From contig JAYSTY010000438.1 in NCBI GenBank assembly GCA_043719385.1, positions 1 through 60,194 on the forward strand: 60,194 nucleotides of DNA, read 5' to 3'. The notes beneath the pieces were generated by a model that ran no database searches, had not been told where the DNA came from, and saw only the letters and a program-made list of their open reading frames with translations. Position 1 is the stretch's first letter; every line of letters starts with the position of its first letter. The stretch is from Blastocatellia bacterium. GTDB taxonomy: Bacteria > Acidobacteriota > Blastocatellia > RBC074. Positions 30,431 to 40,172 of this stretch are shown here, piece after piece. A program made the translations under genes and the position numbers.

Positions 30431-30578
30431 AAGCTACAAAAGACAGGATGAACAAGCCGGACTATTTTTTTGCGCCCATAAATCCTGTTCATCTTGTCAA
30501 TCCTGTCTGATTTCTTCTTCGTGAACCTTCGTGTGGCTTCGTGGATGAGAAAGACTGTTGCTTGAACCCCCAGGCCTT

Positions 30579-32102
30579 CTACCACCAGCCCAGCAACTTC
30601 CACCACAAAAATCCAAAGCCCGACCAGATCAAAATATTAGGAATCGTCGCGATCAGGCCGAGCCGCCACCACGTTTGTTGTTTGACGTAACCCGTGCCAA
30701 AAAATATCGGACCCGGCGTCGTTCCGTAATGCGTCAGGCCAGCGCTGAGATTGGAAAAATAAGCCAGGACCAGGGCGGCAAGATAGGGCGGTGCGCCGGC
30801 GGCAAGCACGACAACTAAAAACGGAATGAACATCGCCGAAGCGTGCGCGGTGATGCTGGCAAATCCGTAATGCGCGTAAAAATAAAGTAATGCCAGTGCC
30901 GCCAGCGCTGCACCCCATTTCCATCCGGTAGTAAAACCTGCCGCAACTTCAGCAAAACGTTTTGTGATTCCGGTTTCGCCCAGTGCTTCTGCCATCCGCA
31001 CCATGCCGCCGTACCAGATAAAAACATCCCACGCGCCGCGTTCATTGATTACGTCTTCCCAATCAATGACTTTGGTCAGCAACAGCGTACTCATGCCAAT
31101 CAGCGCCACGACTGAATAATCAATTTTGTGGAGCCAGTTCGTCGTCGCCCACAACCCGGCGACCGTCAGAAAAACGCCCAGCATCAGTTTTTCATGGAAA
31201 GAAGCGGCTCCCATTTGGTTAAGTTCCTGATTGGCAAAATCGCGGGCGCCCGGGGTGTGCGTGACTTCAGGTGGGAACAGACGATAAATAATAACGCCCG
31301 TGACAGCCAGCGAAATCAGGCCGGGGACGATGCCGCCCAGCATCCAGCGTCCGTAATTCAAATCAACAACTCCCTGCGTGGCCTGGGCGGCGAATTTTTG
31401 AATCAGCAAATTACCAGCTTGCCCAGTCAGAAACATCGCGCAGATGATGACTTCGCATTGATAAATAAACACCATCAGGAATGCGCCGAGGCGTCCTGCT
31501 GTCTCGCCAGGCCTGGAGTCATAAGCCTCCGCGACGCTTTTGGCGATAGGAAACGTGATGCCGCCGCACCGCGCTCCATTGGACGGAATCACCGTCGCCA
31601 ATAACATATCTGTACCAACCAGCGCATAGCCTAAGCCTAACGACCGATGACCAATCGCCCGAATGAATAACAAAGCGATACGCCTGCCCAAACCTGTTTT
31701 GAGCATGCCACGCGACATAAAAAATGCGGCGAGGACCAGCCAGACAACCGGATCAGCATAGCCGCCCAGAATAGATTTGAGCCGTAATGTCTCAATGGCT
31801 TTGAGGTCAGTCGGATTCGACAATGTTTTAATTGCGGCGTCCGAAAGCGGCATTGATTTGGTTAAGGCAATTGCCGTAAGACCAAACAACACCATGGCGC
31901 TGCCGGATAACGGCCTGACGATGGAGCCAATAATTGTTGCCGTAAAAATTGCCAGCAACCGCCACGATTCGGGCTTAATACCATCCGGCGGCTGGATCAT
32001 GGCAATGGCCAGGCCGCTGCCAATTACGACCGTCCATTTGAGGATCAGGGTTTTCGTTGAAGCATTGCTTGTGGGTTCTGGGGAAGGGGCTACGATTGAC
32101 AT
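30579..32102 (-). CDS. DASS family (SLC13-like) anion symporter
   Basis: 507 aa polytopic membrane protein. The two SNGAR/SAGLTHYGT-type hairpin motifs are typical of DASS/anion permeases. Confidence 0.75.
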   Translation of the reverse strand: MSIVAPSPEPTSNASTKTLILKWTVVIGSGLAIAMIQPPDGIKPESWRLLAIFTATIIGSIVRPLSGSAMVLFGLTAIALTKSMPLSDAAIKTLSNPTDLKAIETLRLKSILGGYADPVVWLVLAAFFMSRGMLKTGLGRRIALLFIRAIGHRSLGLGYALVGTDMLLATVIPSNGARCGGITFPIAKSVAEAYDSRPGETAGRLGAFLMVFIYQCEVIICAMFLTGQAGNLLIQKFAAQATQGVVDLNYGRWMLGGIVPGLISLAVTGVIIYRLFPPEVTHTPGARDFANQELNQMGAASFHEKLMLGVFLTVAGLWATTNWLHKIDYSVVALIGMSTLLLTKVIDWEDVINERGAWDVFIWYGGMVRMAEALGETGITKRFAEVAAGFTTGWKWGAALAALALLYFYAHYGFASITAHASAMFIPFLVVVLAAGAPPYLAALVLAYFSNLSAGLTHYGTTPGPIFFGTGYVKQQTWWRLGLIATIPNILIWSGFGFLWWKLLGWW

Positions 32103-32115
32103 GAAAATATTATGG

Positions 32116-34977
32116 TTATTCGTCGGAACTGCTCACTGAAATTTCGGTCACATCCTGACTTCGGCCTGCCTGTTCAAGTGTTTCGCGCACTTTATTGAGC
32201 AGCGCTTCCAGCGTAAAAGGCTTTTGCATAAAAGCCGCATCAAATGGCACTGTCTCTGGCCTAACGCTCGAATAATTGATCAGGGAATCGGTGTAACCAG
32301 ACATATACAGTATTTTCATCTCCGGTTGCAAAGCCACAGCCTGCTTTGCCAGTTCATAGCCACTTAAATTCGGCATCACGACATCGGTCAGAAGCAAATT
32401 CACCTTGCCCGCATGCTGCCGTAAAATCTGTAAAGCGCCTAACCCGTCTTCCGCCACCAGCACAGAATAACCGCTGTCGGTCAGAATGCTGTGCGCCATC
32501 TGGCGCACCATCTCCTCATCTTCGACCAGTAAAATTGTTTGTACACTGGCGTGTGGTGCGGCAGTAATTTCATCAGCGACCAGCGCCGTTATCGGCTCAT
32601 CAGAGTGCGGTAAATGGATCGTAAAAATTGTCCCGCGCCCAACTTCGCTGGCGACCTGAACGGAACCGCCGCTTTGATTGATAATCCCGTAAACAGTGGA
32701 CAATCCTAATCCGGTGCCTTTGCCCTGCGGTTTGGTCGTAAAAAACGGCTCGAAAATTTGTGCCTGCATTTCGGGCTGCATCCCACAACCATTATCGCTG
32801 ACAGTCAGCCGCACATAACGACCAGCTTCCGGCAATTGGAAAGCACGCGCCGCGTCTTCGTCCAATTCGACCGTCGCAGTCGCAATTACCAGCGTCCCAC
32901 CATTAGGCATTGCATCACGAGCATTGACCGCCAAATTCAAAACTACCTGTAAGATTTGCCCCTGATCAACTTTGACTTTGCCCTCGCCTGCATCCAGCGT
33001 CGTTACCAACTGAATATTTTCACCGATCATTGGTTTCAGCAACTGCGCCGTTTCCGCAATTACACGACTGAAATCAATCACTTTAGGTTGCAAAATTTGC
33101 TTGCGGCTAAAGGCCAGAAGCTGTTGCGTCAGGGCCGCTGCACGTTCGCCCGCACGTTTGATTTCGGTCGCACGATGACGACGCGGATCAGTTTCGCCAA
33201 GCTGATTAATCAGCAATTGACTGTACCCATTAATCGCCGTCAACAAATTATTAAAATCGTGCGCGATGCCACCAGCCAGCTTGCTGATGGCTTCCATTTT
33301 CTGGGATTGTCGTAATTGTTCTTCCAGTTTTTTCCGCTCGGTGAGATTGCTGGAAGTTGTCACAATCCCGGTCAATTCGCCCCTGGTATTTTGAATAGGC
33401 GAAGCTGTTACCCACACGGGAATTTTTCCCCCGCCGTGCGCCTGCCAAAGGTCTTCCCCTGACCAGCTTCCACCGTTTTGACAGCGGGCGATCATATCGC
33501 AATCCATGGCCCCGTCCTCTGCTACTGGTATCAATGCAGTAATTTCTCGCCCAATGGCAGCGCCGGTTGACCAGCCGTAAAGTTTTTCGGCAAAATTATT
33601 CCAGTAAATTACCCTGCGTTGTAAATCAGTAGCAATGACTGCCTGCTCTACAACATCCAGTAAGTTGGCCTGGAAGCCAATTTTTTCGAGCGCTTTCCGT
33701 TGCTCGGTTTGGTCATGCACAACCAACAGTACCGAAGTGTCGGTCAGGGGTGAAAGCGTCCCGGTAAACCATTTTATTTCATTGCCGATAGGCAAACTAT
33801 ATTCCAGTTCGACGACCTGCCGGGTGAATAAAGTATGCTGAATTTGCTTGAGAAAATAACGAGCTTTTTCCGGCGGGAAAATTTCATGCAGCGTCTTCCC
33901 GACTATATCTTCAGGTGGCTTATAAAAATTAGTCGGATCAGTGGGCGCAATTTTTAAATAGCGCCCTTGTGCATCCAGCGTCGCAATGACATCTTTCATC
34001 GCGGCAAACAAGGCACGTAATTCTTCTTCTGATTTCTGCAAGGCCTGCTCGGCATATCTGCGCTCACTAATGGCAGCGCCAAACAATAAGGGCATAGCAG
34101 ATAGTGAGCCGAGGAAAATCTGTAAGGATTTCAAATCATCAAGATAATTAACACGCTGAGAAAATGGCCCGTGTCGTCGGGCAGTTTCCGCCACAGCAAT
34201 GGCCGTAATCATAAACGTCGCAACAACACCGCCCACCTGTCCCAAACGTAAAACACAGAGCAGCACCAGGGGAAAAGTAAAGTAAGGATATTCCTGCAAC
34301 TGCAAATACCTTGTTCCTTCCAACTGTCCAAAGATCAGCCAGGTAACAGTCATCAGGCCCACGAGCCAGGCTGCCATTTCCATTATTTGTCGTGCCGTCC
34401 AGGTGCGAAAATTCTCCGTAAATAAAATCAATAACAAAGGCGTACCAATCAAAATCCCCAAGCCATCGCCAATTCCCCAGCGCCCCCAGTTCACGGCAAA
34501 ATCCTGCCAGGGAAATCTCCCGATCAAACATATTGCGCCGACACTGATGGCTGCCGTAATCACAGAACTAACGCTCACACCAAGTAAGAGAAAACTCAGC
34601 ACATTTCTGAGCCGATCTATCCGATTATCAAATCCTACCAACCGTTGCAGTAAATACGCGCTCAGCCACGCGCCTAAAGTTTTGCCGATCATGCCCCCGA
34701 TAAAAATTATTGGACTAGCCCAATAACTCACCAAATACGCACCCAGCATCACGCCCGGCCACACTCGCAAACCAAAAATTAATAACCCTGCCAGGGCCAC
34801 ACCTGATGGTAACCAAACGGCGGAAACCGCTGGCGCAGCTCCGATGTAGTGCAAGCCAATTTTAGAGGTAGCCCAATAGGCGAGTGCCAGCCCTGATACT
34901 TTTACTAAGTACACGACAGATTGAGATTTCATAAAAGGCTGGATGGAAAACGCTGAGTTGCTGAAAAGAAAATGCAA
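32116..34977 (-). CDS. hybrid sensor histidine kinase (MASE1-PAS-PAS-HisKA-HATPase-REC)
   Basis: 953 aa. Multi-TM MASE1-like N-terminus and two PAS-like regions. H-box [12 protein letters not shown]-box [11 protein letters not shown]2 GTGLGL and a C-terminal REC (LLTDVVMP). It ends 13 nt before the DASS gene. Confidence 0.85.
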   Translation of the reverse strand: MHFLFSNSAFSIQPFMKSQSVVYLVKVSGLALAYWATSKIGLHYIGAAPAVSAVWLPSGVALAGLLIFGLRVWPGVMLGAYLVSYWASPIIFIGGMIGKTLGAWLSAYLLQRLVGFDNRIDRLRNVLSFLLLGVSVSSVITAAISVGAICLIGRFPWQDFAVNWGRWGIGDGLGILIGTPLLLILFTENFRTWTARQIMEMAAWLVGLMTVTWLIFGQLEGTRYLQLQEYPYFTFPLVLLCVLRLGQVGGVVATFMITAIAVAETARRHGPFSQRVNYLDDLKSLQIFLGSLSAMPLLFGAAISERRYAEQALQKSEEELRALFAAMKDVIATLDAQGRYLKIAPTDPTNFYKPPEDIVGKTLHEIFPPEKARYFLKQIQHTLFTRQVVELEYSLPIGNEIKWFTGTLSPLTDTSVLLVVHDQTEQRKALEKIGFQANLLDVVEQAVIATDLQRRVIYWNNFAEKLYGWSTGAAIGREITALIPVAEDGAMDCDMIARCQNGGSWSGEDLWQAHGGGKIPVWVTASPIQNTRGELTGIVTTSSNLTERKKLEEQLRQSQKMEAISKLAGGIAHDFNNLLTAINGYSQLLINQLGETDPRRHRATEIKRAGERAAALTQQLLAFSRKQILQPKVIDFSRVIAETAQLLKPMIGENIQLVTTLDAGEGKVKVDQGQILQVVLNLAVNARDAMPNGGTLVIATATVELDEDAARAFQLPEAGRYVRLTVSDNGCGMQPEMQAQIFEPFFTTKPQGKGTGLGLSTVYGIINQSGGSVQVASEVGRGTIFTIHLPHSDEPITALVADEITAAPHASVQTILLVEDEEMVRQMAHSILTDSGYSVLVAEDGLGALQILRQHAGKVNLLLTDVVMPNLSGYELAKQAVALQPEMKILYMSGYTDSLINYSSVRPETVPFDAAFMQKPFTLEALLNKVRETLEQAGRSQDVTEISVSSSDE

Positions 34978-35058
34978 TCGTACTTTCTTTTCAGTAACTC
35001 ACGATAATTTTTAATTTATTTTCACGCAGATAAATTTTTAACCATTGAAGATGGTGAC

Positions 35059-35236
35059 AGCATAAAGCCCCGTGCGTGAGCGCGGGGAAGCCGTGGCACA
35101 ATATTTATTGCCCGTGATAACGGGCGACAGCCATTACACTTGGAAGGCTGCCGCTCTCTTCGAGAGCTTCGTCGAATTTATCAAGCTTACCCCGCGCTCA
35201 CGCACGGGGCTTTATGCTAACGCCCGTTTCACGGGC
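35059..35236. repeat. hairpin-string palindromic element (29-bp perfect inverted repeats)
   Basis: 35059-35087 is the exact reverse complement of 35190-35218. Interior hairpins are gcccgt-gata-acgggc (35110-35125) and gctctc-ttc-gagagc (35153-35167). A trailing hairpin gcccgt-ttc-acgggc sits at 35222-35236. Confidence 0.85.
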
Positions 35237-35276
35237 TAAAATCCTAACTTGCGTAACTTGAATTTTTAATTCATGT

Positions 35277-37544
35277 TCACGCGCCTGTGCATTCCAACAC
35301 GAGTTCACTATCTTTTTCGTCAACCAAAACCTGACCGCCATTTTGCAGCTTACCGAATAACAATTCATCCGCCAGCGGCTCTTTAATTTTGGCCTGAATG
35401 AGGCGCGCCATTGGACGTGCGCCGTAAAGTTTGTCATAGCCTGTTTTGGCTAACCAAATGCGTGCCCTTTCGGTGAGTTCCAGGGTCACTTGTTTTTCTG
35501 CCAGTTGCGTTTTGACTTCGCTGATGAATTTGTCAACGACGCGTTCAGTAACTTCAAATGACAAAGCATCAAACGAAATCCAGGCATCCAGACGGTTACG
35601 AAATTCCGGGCTGAAAGTCCGCTCAATTGCGCCCCGACCTTTGCTGCCACTGGCCGCCGTCACATTTTCACCCTGCTTGAAGCCAATGCCTTCAGCACTC
35701 ATTTCACGCGCTCCGGCATTCGTCGTCATCAATAAAATCACATTCCGAAAATCGGCTTTCTTGCCGTTGTTATCGGTGAGCGTGGCGTGATCCATCACCT
35801 GCAACAAAATGCTAAAAAGATCGGGATGCGCTTTTTCAATTTCGTCCAGCACCAGCACAGAATGCGGCGTTTTATTGATGGCATCTGTCAGCAAGCCGCC
35901 CTGATCGAAACCGACATAACCAGGCGGCGCACCAATCAGGCGCGAGACCGTATGCTTTTCCATGTACTCGCTCATATCAAAACGCAAAAATTCGATGCCC
36001 AGCGATTTGGCTAACTGCCTGGCGAGTTCGGTTTTTCCCACGCCGGTCGGCCCCGAAAGCAAAAAGGAACCAATTGGTTTGGTCGGATTACTCAGACCTG
36101 AACGCGAGAGTTTGATCGCACGCACCAGTTGCGCAATGGCGTGATCCTGTCCATAAATGACGCCGCGCAATTCTTTTTCCAGATTTTGCAAACGATCCTT
36201 GTCCGAAATCGAAACCGTTTTCGGAGGGATTTTCGCCATCCGCGCCACGACCGTTTCGATGTCGTGCGCAACAATTTCTTTGGGGCGCTCATTCGCAGGC
36301 ATCATCCTGACCGCCGCGCCTGCTTCGTCAACTACGTCAATCGCCTTGTCCGGCAACAAACGATCATTGATATGTTTCGCGGCAAGTTCAGCGGCGGCAG
36401 TAATCGCTTCGTCCGTAAATTTGACGCCGTGATGCGCTTCGTAATGCGGCTTCAAGCCCTGCAAAATCTGAATCGTATCCGCAATGCTCGGTTCACTAAT
36501 TTCGATTTTTTGAAAGCGCCGCGCCAGCGCCCGATCACGCTCAAACGAAGCCTTGTATTCAGGATAAGTCGTCGAACCAATGCAGCGAATTTCACCTGTC
36601 GCCAGGGCTGGTTTGAGAATATTTGAAGCATCCATCGAACCACCGCTGACTGCGCCTGCGCCCACAATCGTATGAATTTCGTCAATGAACAAAATCACGT
36701 TCGGCTTTTGTTTCAGCGCCGTAATGACAGCTTTCAATCGTTGCTCAAATTCGCCACGATATTTTGTTCCGGCCAGCAATGCGCCCATATCCAGCGCATA
36801 AAATTCTGCGCCCTGCAAAACTTCCGGCACCTTGCCCTGTTGAATTTTGAGCGCCAGACCTTCAGCAATCGCCGTTTTTCCAACGCCGGGATCACCCACA
36901 TAAATTGGATTATTTTTACGGCGCCGACATAACACCTGAATCGTGCGCGTAACTTCTGCTTCGCGTCCAATCAACGGATCAATGCGGCCCTCAGCCGCAC
37001 GCTCAATTAAATTTGAAGTGAAGGCTGCCAGCGGATCGTGGACAGGAATATCCTCCTCTTCTTCAGGCCTGACTGGTTGTGGCAAAACAGATTCCCGCTC
37101 GCCATCGGTTTCGATTTTCGAGACGCCGTGCGAAATAAATTTCAGCACATCCAATTTCGTGACACCTTCTTTTTCGAGCAGGTACACCGCATGCGAACGC
37201 TTTTCCTGATAAATCGCCGCGAGGATATTGCTGCCATCAATTAACTCCTGACCTGAACCCTGGGCCTGTAACGTCGCCCGTTGTAACACGCGCTGAAAAG
37301 CCGGCGTCTGATCAGGCAAACGATCTACGCCCGGCGGCAATTGTTCGGTTTTCTCGACCAGAAAAGCTTCCAGTTCGCGGTTGAGTTTTTTGATGTCGCC
37401 ACCGCAATGCCGAATCACTTCGCGGGCAGTGCGATCCTGCAACAACGCCAGCAGGATATGTTCTAACGTCAGAAATTCGTGGCGGCGGTCAACCGCTTCA
37501 TTAAAAGCACGGTTCAGGGTTTCTTCTAATTCTCTGGTAAGCAT
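35277..37544 (-). CDS. clpA: ATP-dependent Clp protease ATP-binding subunit ClpA
   Basis: Clp_N repeats and two AAA+ modules (GDPGVGKT, GPTGVGKT). There is no middle coiled-coil of ClpB length. Start set at the ATG at 37544 (MLTRELEETL). Confidence 0.9.
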   Translation of the reverse strand: MLTRELEETLNRAFNEAVDRRHEFLTLEHILLALLQDRTAREVIRHCGGDIKKLNRELEAFLVEKTEQLPPGVDRLPDQTPAFQRVLQRATLQAQGSGQELIDGSNILAAIYQEKRSHAVYLLEKEGVTKLDVLKFISHGVSKIETDGERESVLPQPVRPEEEEDIPVHDPLAAFTSNLIERAAEGRIDPLIGREAEVTRTIQVLCRRRKNNPIYVGDPGVGKTAIAEGLALKIQQGKVPEVLQGAEFYALDMGALLAGTKYRGEFEQRLKAVITALKQKPNVILFIDEIHTIVGAGAVSGGSMDASNILKPALATGEIRCIGSTTYPEYKASFERDRALARRFQKIEISEPSIADTIQILQGLKPHYEAHHGVKFTDEAITAAAELAAKHINDRLLPDKAIDVVDEAGAAVRMMPANERPKEIVAHDIETVVARMAKIPPKTVSISDKDRLQNLEKELRGVIYGQDHAIAQLVRAIKLSRSGLSNPTKPIGSFLLSGPTGVGKTELARQLAKSLGIEFLRFDMSEYMEKHTVSRLIGAPPGYVGFDQGGLLTDAINKTPHSVLVLDEIEKAHPDLFSILLQVMDHATLTDNNGKKADFRNVILLMTTNAGAREMSAEGIGFKQGENVTAASGSKGRGAIERTFSPEFRNRLDAWISFDALSFEVTERVVDKFISEVKTQLAEKQVTLELTERARIWLAKTGYDKLYGARPMARLIQAKIKEPLADELLFGKLQNGGQVLVDEKDSELVLECTGA

Positions 37545-37640
37545 AAATACAACTTGTGAATGATGATGTCGTGAATAAATTTTTAAATTGTCCAAACGGC
37601 GTGTATCTTATCACGCAAAAGCTCTCTGCTAAATATAACC

Positions 37641-38711
37641 GTGATTAACCTGGATAAATTGAAAGCAAAAAAATTTATGCGACTCCCCCGACAATTCGCC
37701 GCCACCGGATTAGCGTTTGTACTGCTCAGTTGCGCCTTAGCCTTTGGGCAGGAAACATTTTCAAAAAAAGATTTTGAGATTACCGAAGGGCATTTTCACG
37801 ATGGCCTGGGAACATACACAGAACTTGTTTTAGCAAATGCTTTGATTGCGCAGCAAAAACTGACGCAGCCGCCTTTTGATGTCACGCGCAGCCGCAATAA
37901 AATGCAGGCCGCGATTGATTCCCTGCCCGCAGAGCATCCGAGCCGAACAATTTTCCCCACGGAAATCGCCAACATCGAAAAAGCCGCTCCCGTCGGAGCC
38001 GCTGAAATTCTGAGCCAAGCGAGGGGAAATTTAATTCACGTGCGCCATACAGCGCTGGAATTTGCCGACGCACACGCAGGTGATTTGCGACTGGAATTTT
38101 CTGATCGTGCGCCGCTGCCGATTTCCGTCAAAACTGACAAATCCAATTGGGTTGCCGTCGCCGAAGGTCAGACGCCCGACATCGCGCACAAATGGGCAGA
38201 GCGATATTTTCGTGTCTCCGAACAGGAAATGAATGCCATGCTGAAAGAATCAGGCTTTGCCTCACTTGCCGAAGCGAAAGCGGATTACCTGAACATTGCC
38301 GCCTTAGTAGCGCAAATTTTAATTTCCAAACTGGAACTGAAAAATTGTGAACCTACCGATTTCAAATCTGCCCAGGTCGGAAATATTGAGGCGGCAAAAT
38401 ATTTATTGCGCCAGCTTCGCCACTACAAACACGGCAACGACAACAGCCGCGTGATTATTTTTGATCGTAAAACCGGCGGCGTGAAATGGGATTCGTTGCT
38501 GGACGCGATTGAGCTTGAGACTTTGACTGCCGAGCAAATTTCCTTTTTGCCTGCTCACCCTCGCAAAGGTCATCGCATCGCTTCAGAGTTCGGAATCAAG
38601 ATTGACGGGCAAACGATTGTGTCATTTCAAATCAAACACAAACGCGGGAAAGCACGCGGGACGGAACGTCAAAATGAATTCAGTGATATAACTACGCGGC
38701 TGAGAATTTAG
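37641..38711 (+). CDS. hypothetical secreted protein
   Basis: 356-aa ORF. The likely start is the ATG at 37677 (MRLPRQFAATGLAFVLLSCALAFG-QE, a Sec-type signal). No family recognised. G+C is host-like. Confidence 0.55.
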   Translation: MINLDKLKAKKFMRLPRQFAATGLAFVLLSCALAFGQETFSKKDFEITEGHFHDGLGTYTELVLANALIAQQKLTQPPFDVTRSRNKMQAAIDSLPAEHPSRTIFPTEIANIEKAAPVGAAEILSQARGNLIHVRHTALEFADAHAGDLRLEFSDRAPLPISVKTDKSNWVAVAEGQTPDIAHKWAERYFRVSEQEMNAMLKESGFASLAEAKADYLNIAALVAQILISKLELKNCEPTDFKSAQVGNIEAAKYLLRQLRHYKHGNDNSRVIIFDRKTGGVKWDSLLDAIELETLTAEQISFLPAHPRKGHRIASEFGIKIDGQTIVSFQIKHKRGKARGTERQNEFSDITTRLRI

Positions 38712-38962
38712 CCTCAGTAGAGCCAAATTTAGTTTTCTTCGCGGCTCTGCCGCCCGGATGTGCGGAAAGGCTGTGCCTTTCCGACAGCGACTCCCTCTCC
38801 AGGGCTACGCCCACTACTGACCGTGATGACTTAAATCGCTGGCAATAAGGCTTTGCACAGTGACAAAACGGGCGCAGCCCTTACCCGTTTGACCTACTGG
38901 AAGGGCGCAGCCCTTCCGCACATCAGGCGGCAGAGCCGCAAATTTGGAACTACTGAGCCTGT
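38710..38962. repeat. ~250-bp imperfect palindrome at the islet boundary
   Basis: The left arm (38710 to about 38785) matches the reverse complement of the right arm (about 38899 to 38962), apart from a 10-nt insertion (agttttcttc) and a few mismatches. Each arm contains its own 8-bp/3-nt-loop hairpin. Confidence 0.8.
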
Positions 38963-38981
38963 AAATAAAAGAGGAAATCAA

Positions 38982-39215
38982 ATGTCTGACAAAAAACCAA
39001 CCATTACAACGCATATAGCACGGATGGCAATGAACAACGACTCCGAAATACGAACGTGGGTTGAGCAATGGCTCAAAAATCGTGAGCGCGAAAAATACCT
39101 GGCAACTGGAGCAAGTGAAGATACATTCGATAACCATTGGCTCTACGTGAAACCTGAGACGATGCACGAAGGCGCGGTCGAAGCATATACAGCTTATGTG
39201 GAGCAATTGAATTAA
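38982..39215 (+). CDS. small hypothetical protein (77 aa)
   Basis: ATG at 38982, 6 nt after AGAGGA. No recognisable domain. Convergent with the PIN gene. Confidence 0.45.
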   Translation: MSDKKPTITTHIARMAMNNDSEIRTWVEQWLKNREREKYLATGASEDTFDNHWLYVKPETMHEGAVEAYTAYVEQLN

Positions 39216-39359
39216 GAGTAGTGTTTGTAGCGTTATTTACGAGTTGATTTTGGTATATTGTCGCAACGCGACTGAGAGTTTAAAATTGAGAGCAAAACAG
39301 TACTTGAGTGTAAGCGAGTGTACGCCCAGAAAGATTAACAATTCAGGGTAACTAATAAC

Positions 39360-40172
39360 CTACGGAGACTCAACTGATTTCCCTAAAGCTTTGGCGAGAT
39401 CGTTATGATCTATTATATTTGTTGTTAATATAACTGAATCATCAGGTGCAAAATAAACAATGATAGCGTCGCCCAAATCTCGACACATTTGTTCAGTAAT
39501 TTGTAATTTGGGTTTACGTAGTAGGTCTGTAAGAATTTGACCTCTTTTTTGGTTTTCTCTTTTTGAGGGCTGATCCTTTACTGCATCACATAACAATTTT
39601 AATTTAGCTGGATCACTTCTTAATTTATCTGCAAGGCAACATTCAGTCTTCACTTTGCATTTTAACTGCCTTAAATCAATAAGGCCTCTGTTCTCTACCA
39701 AGTCAACCTCCTCATAACAATCTAAGTCTTGCACAACAAGTGTTGTCAGTTTTCTTCTTTTTTTCCAAGCTTTATATACTAAACTTTTGATGGCTAAGCG
39801 ATAACAATCTGTTGTGATTGATCCTAGGTTTGCACTATCTCCATAAGTATTTATCAACTTACTCATCGGAGTTCGGCTTGTAGCGTTTACAACCTCTATT
39901 ATTGATTCAATTGCTGTTGAAGTTCGATATCTACGCGGAGATCGAGAAACACCATGTAAAACTTTTAATGCCTTTTCAAACGAACCTAACAAAACTAATT
40001 TATCATGAAACCAAGCAAAGGTTTGTAATGGCCCAGCCTTAAATTCTTTGATAGCGTATACAGGCAATTGCGTCTCGCTGTACTTTTTAAGGAGTGCTTT
40101 AGTCGGCTGATTTGAGCTTGGCTTTAATAACGCATTAGTAAGAATTGTTGTGTCAACAAAAGCTTTAGTCAT
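39360..40172 (-). CDS. PIN-domain nuclease with large Cys-rich insertion
   Basis: 270 aa. N-terminal AFVDTTIL (PIN motif 1 Asp), IKEFK (Glu), and a C-terminal DLGDAIIVY...VILTTNIIDHND that resembles the D-A-L-I / T-x-N-x-x-D-F PIN endings. Its start overlaps the upstream stop (ATGACTAA). Confidence 0.65.
   Translation of the reverse strand: MTKAFVDTTILTNALLKPSSNQPTKALLKKYSETQLPVYAIKEFKAGPLQTFAWFHDKLVLLGSFEKALKVLHGVSRSPRRYRTSTAIESIIEVVNATSRTPMSKLINTYGDSANLGSITTDCYRLAIKSLVYKAWKKRRKLTTLVVQDLDCYEEVDLVENRGLIDLRQLKCKVKTECCLADKLRSDPAKLKLLCDAVKDQPSKRENQKRGQILTDLLRKPKLQITEQMCRDLGDAIIVYFAPDDSVILTTNIIDHNDLAKALGKSVESP

Noticed and set aside
30431-30480. Imperfect inverted repeat gacaggatgaacaag / cttgttcat-like sequence as a separate regulatory element.
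   Set aside because: It has two mismatches in 15 bp. It most simply serves as the DASS gene terminator, so I folded it into the heptamer-array observation rather than calling it separately.
35198-35437. 79-aa ORF crossing the clpA stop and the palindromic element.
   Set aside because: It overlaps the clpA 3' end and the repeat arm, so it is a translation artefact of the repeat.
38814-39206. 130-aa minus-strand ORF, and the long form (38853 start) of the plus-strand ORF, across the 38.7-kb palindrome.
   Set aside because: Both read through the palindrome arms. Only the 77-aa version starting at 38982 has an SD, and it lies outside the repeat.
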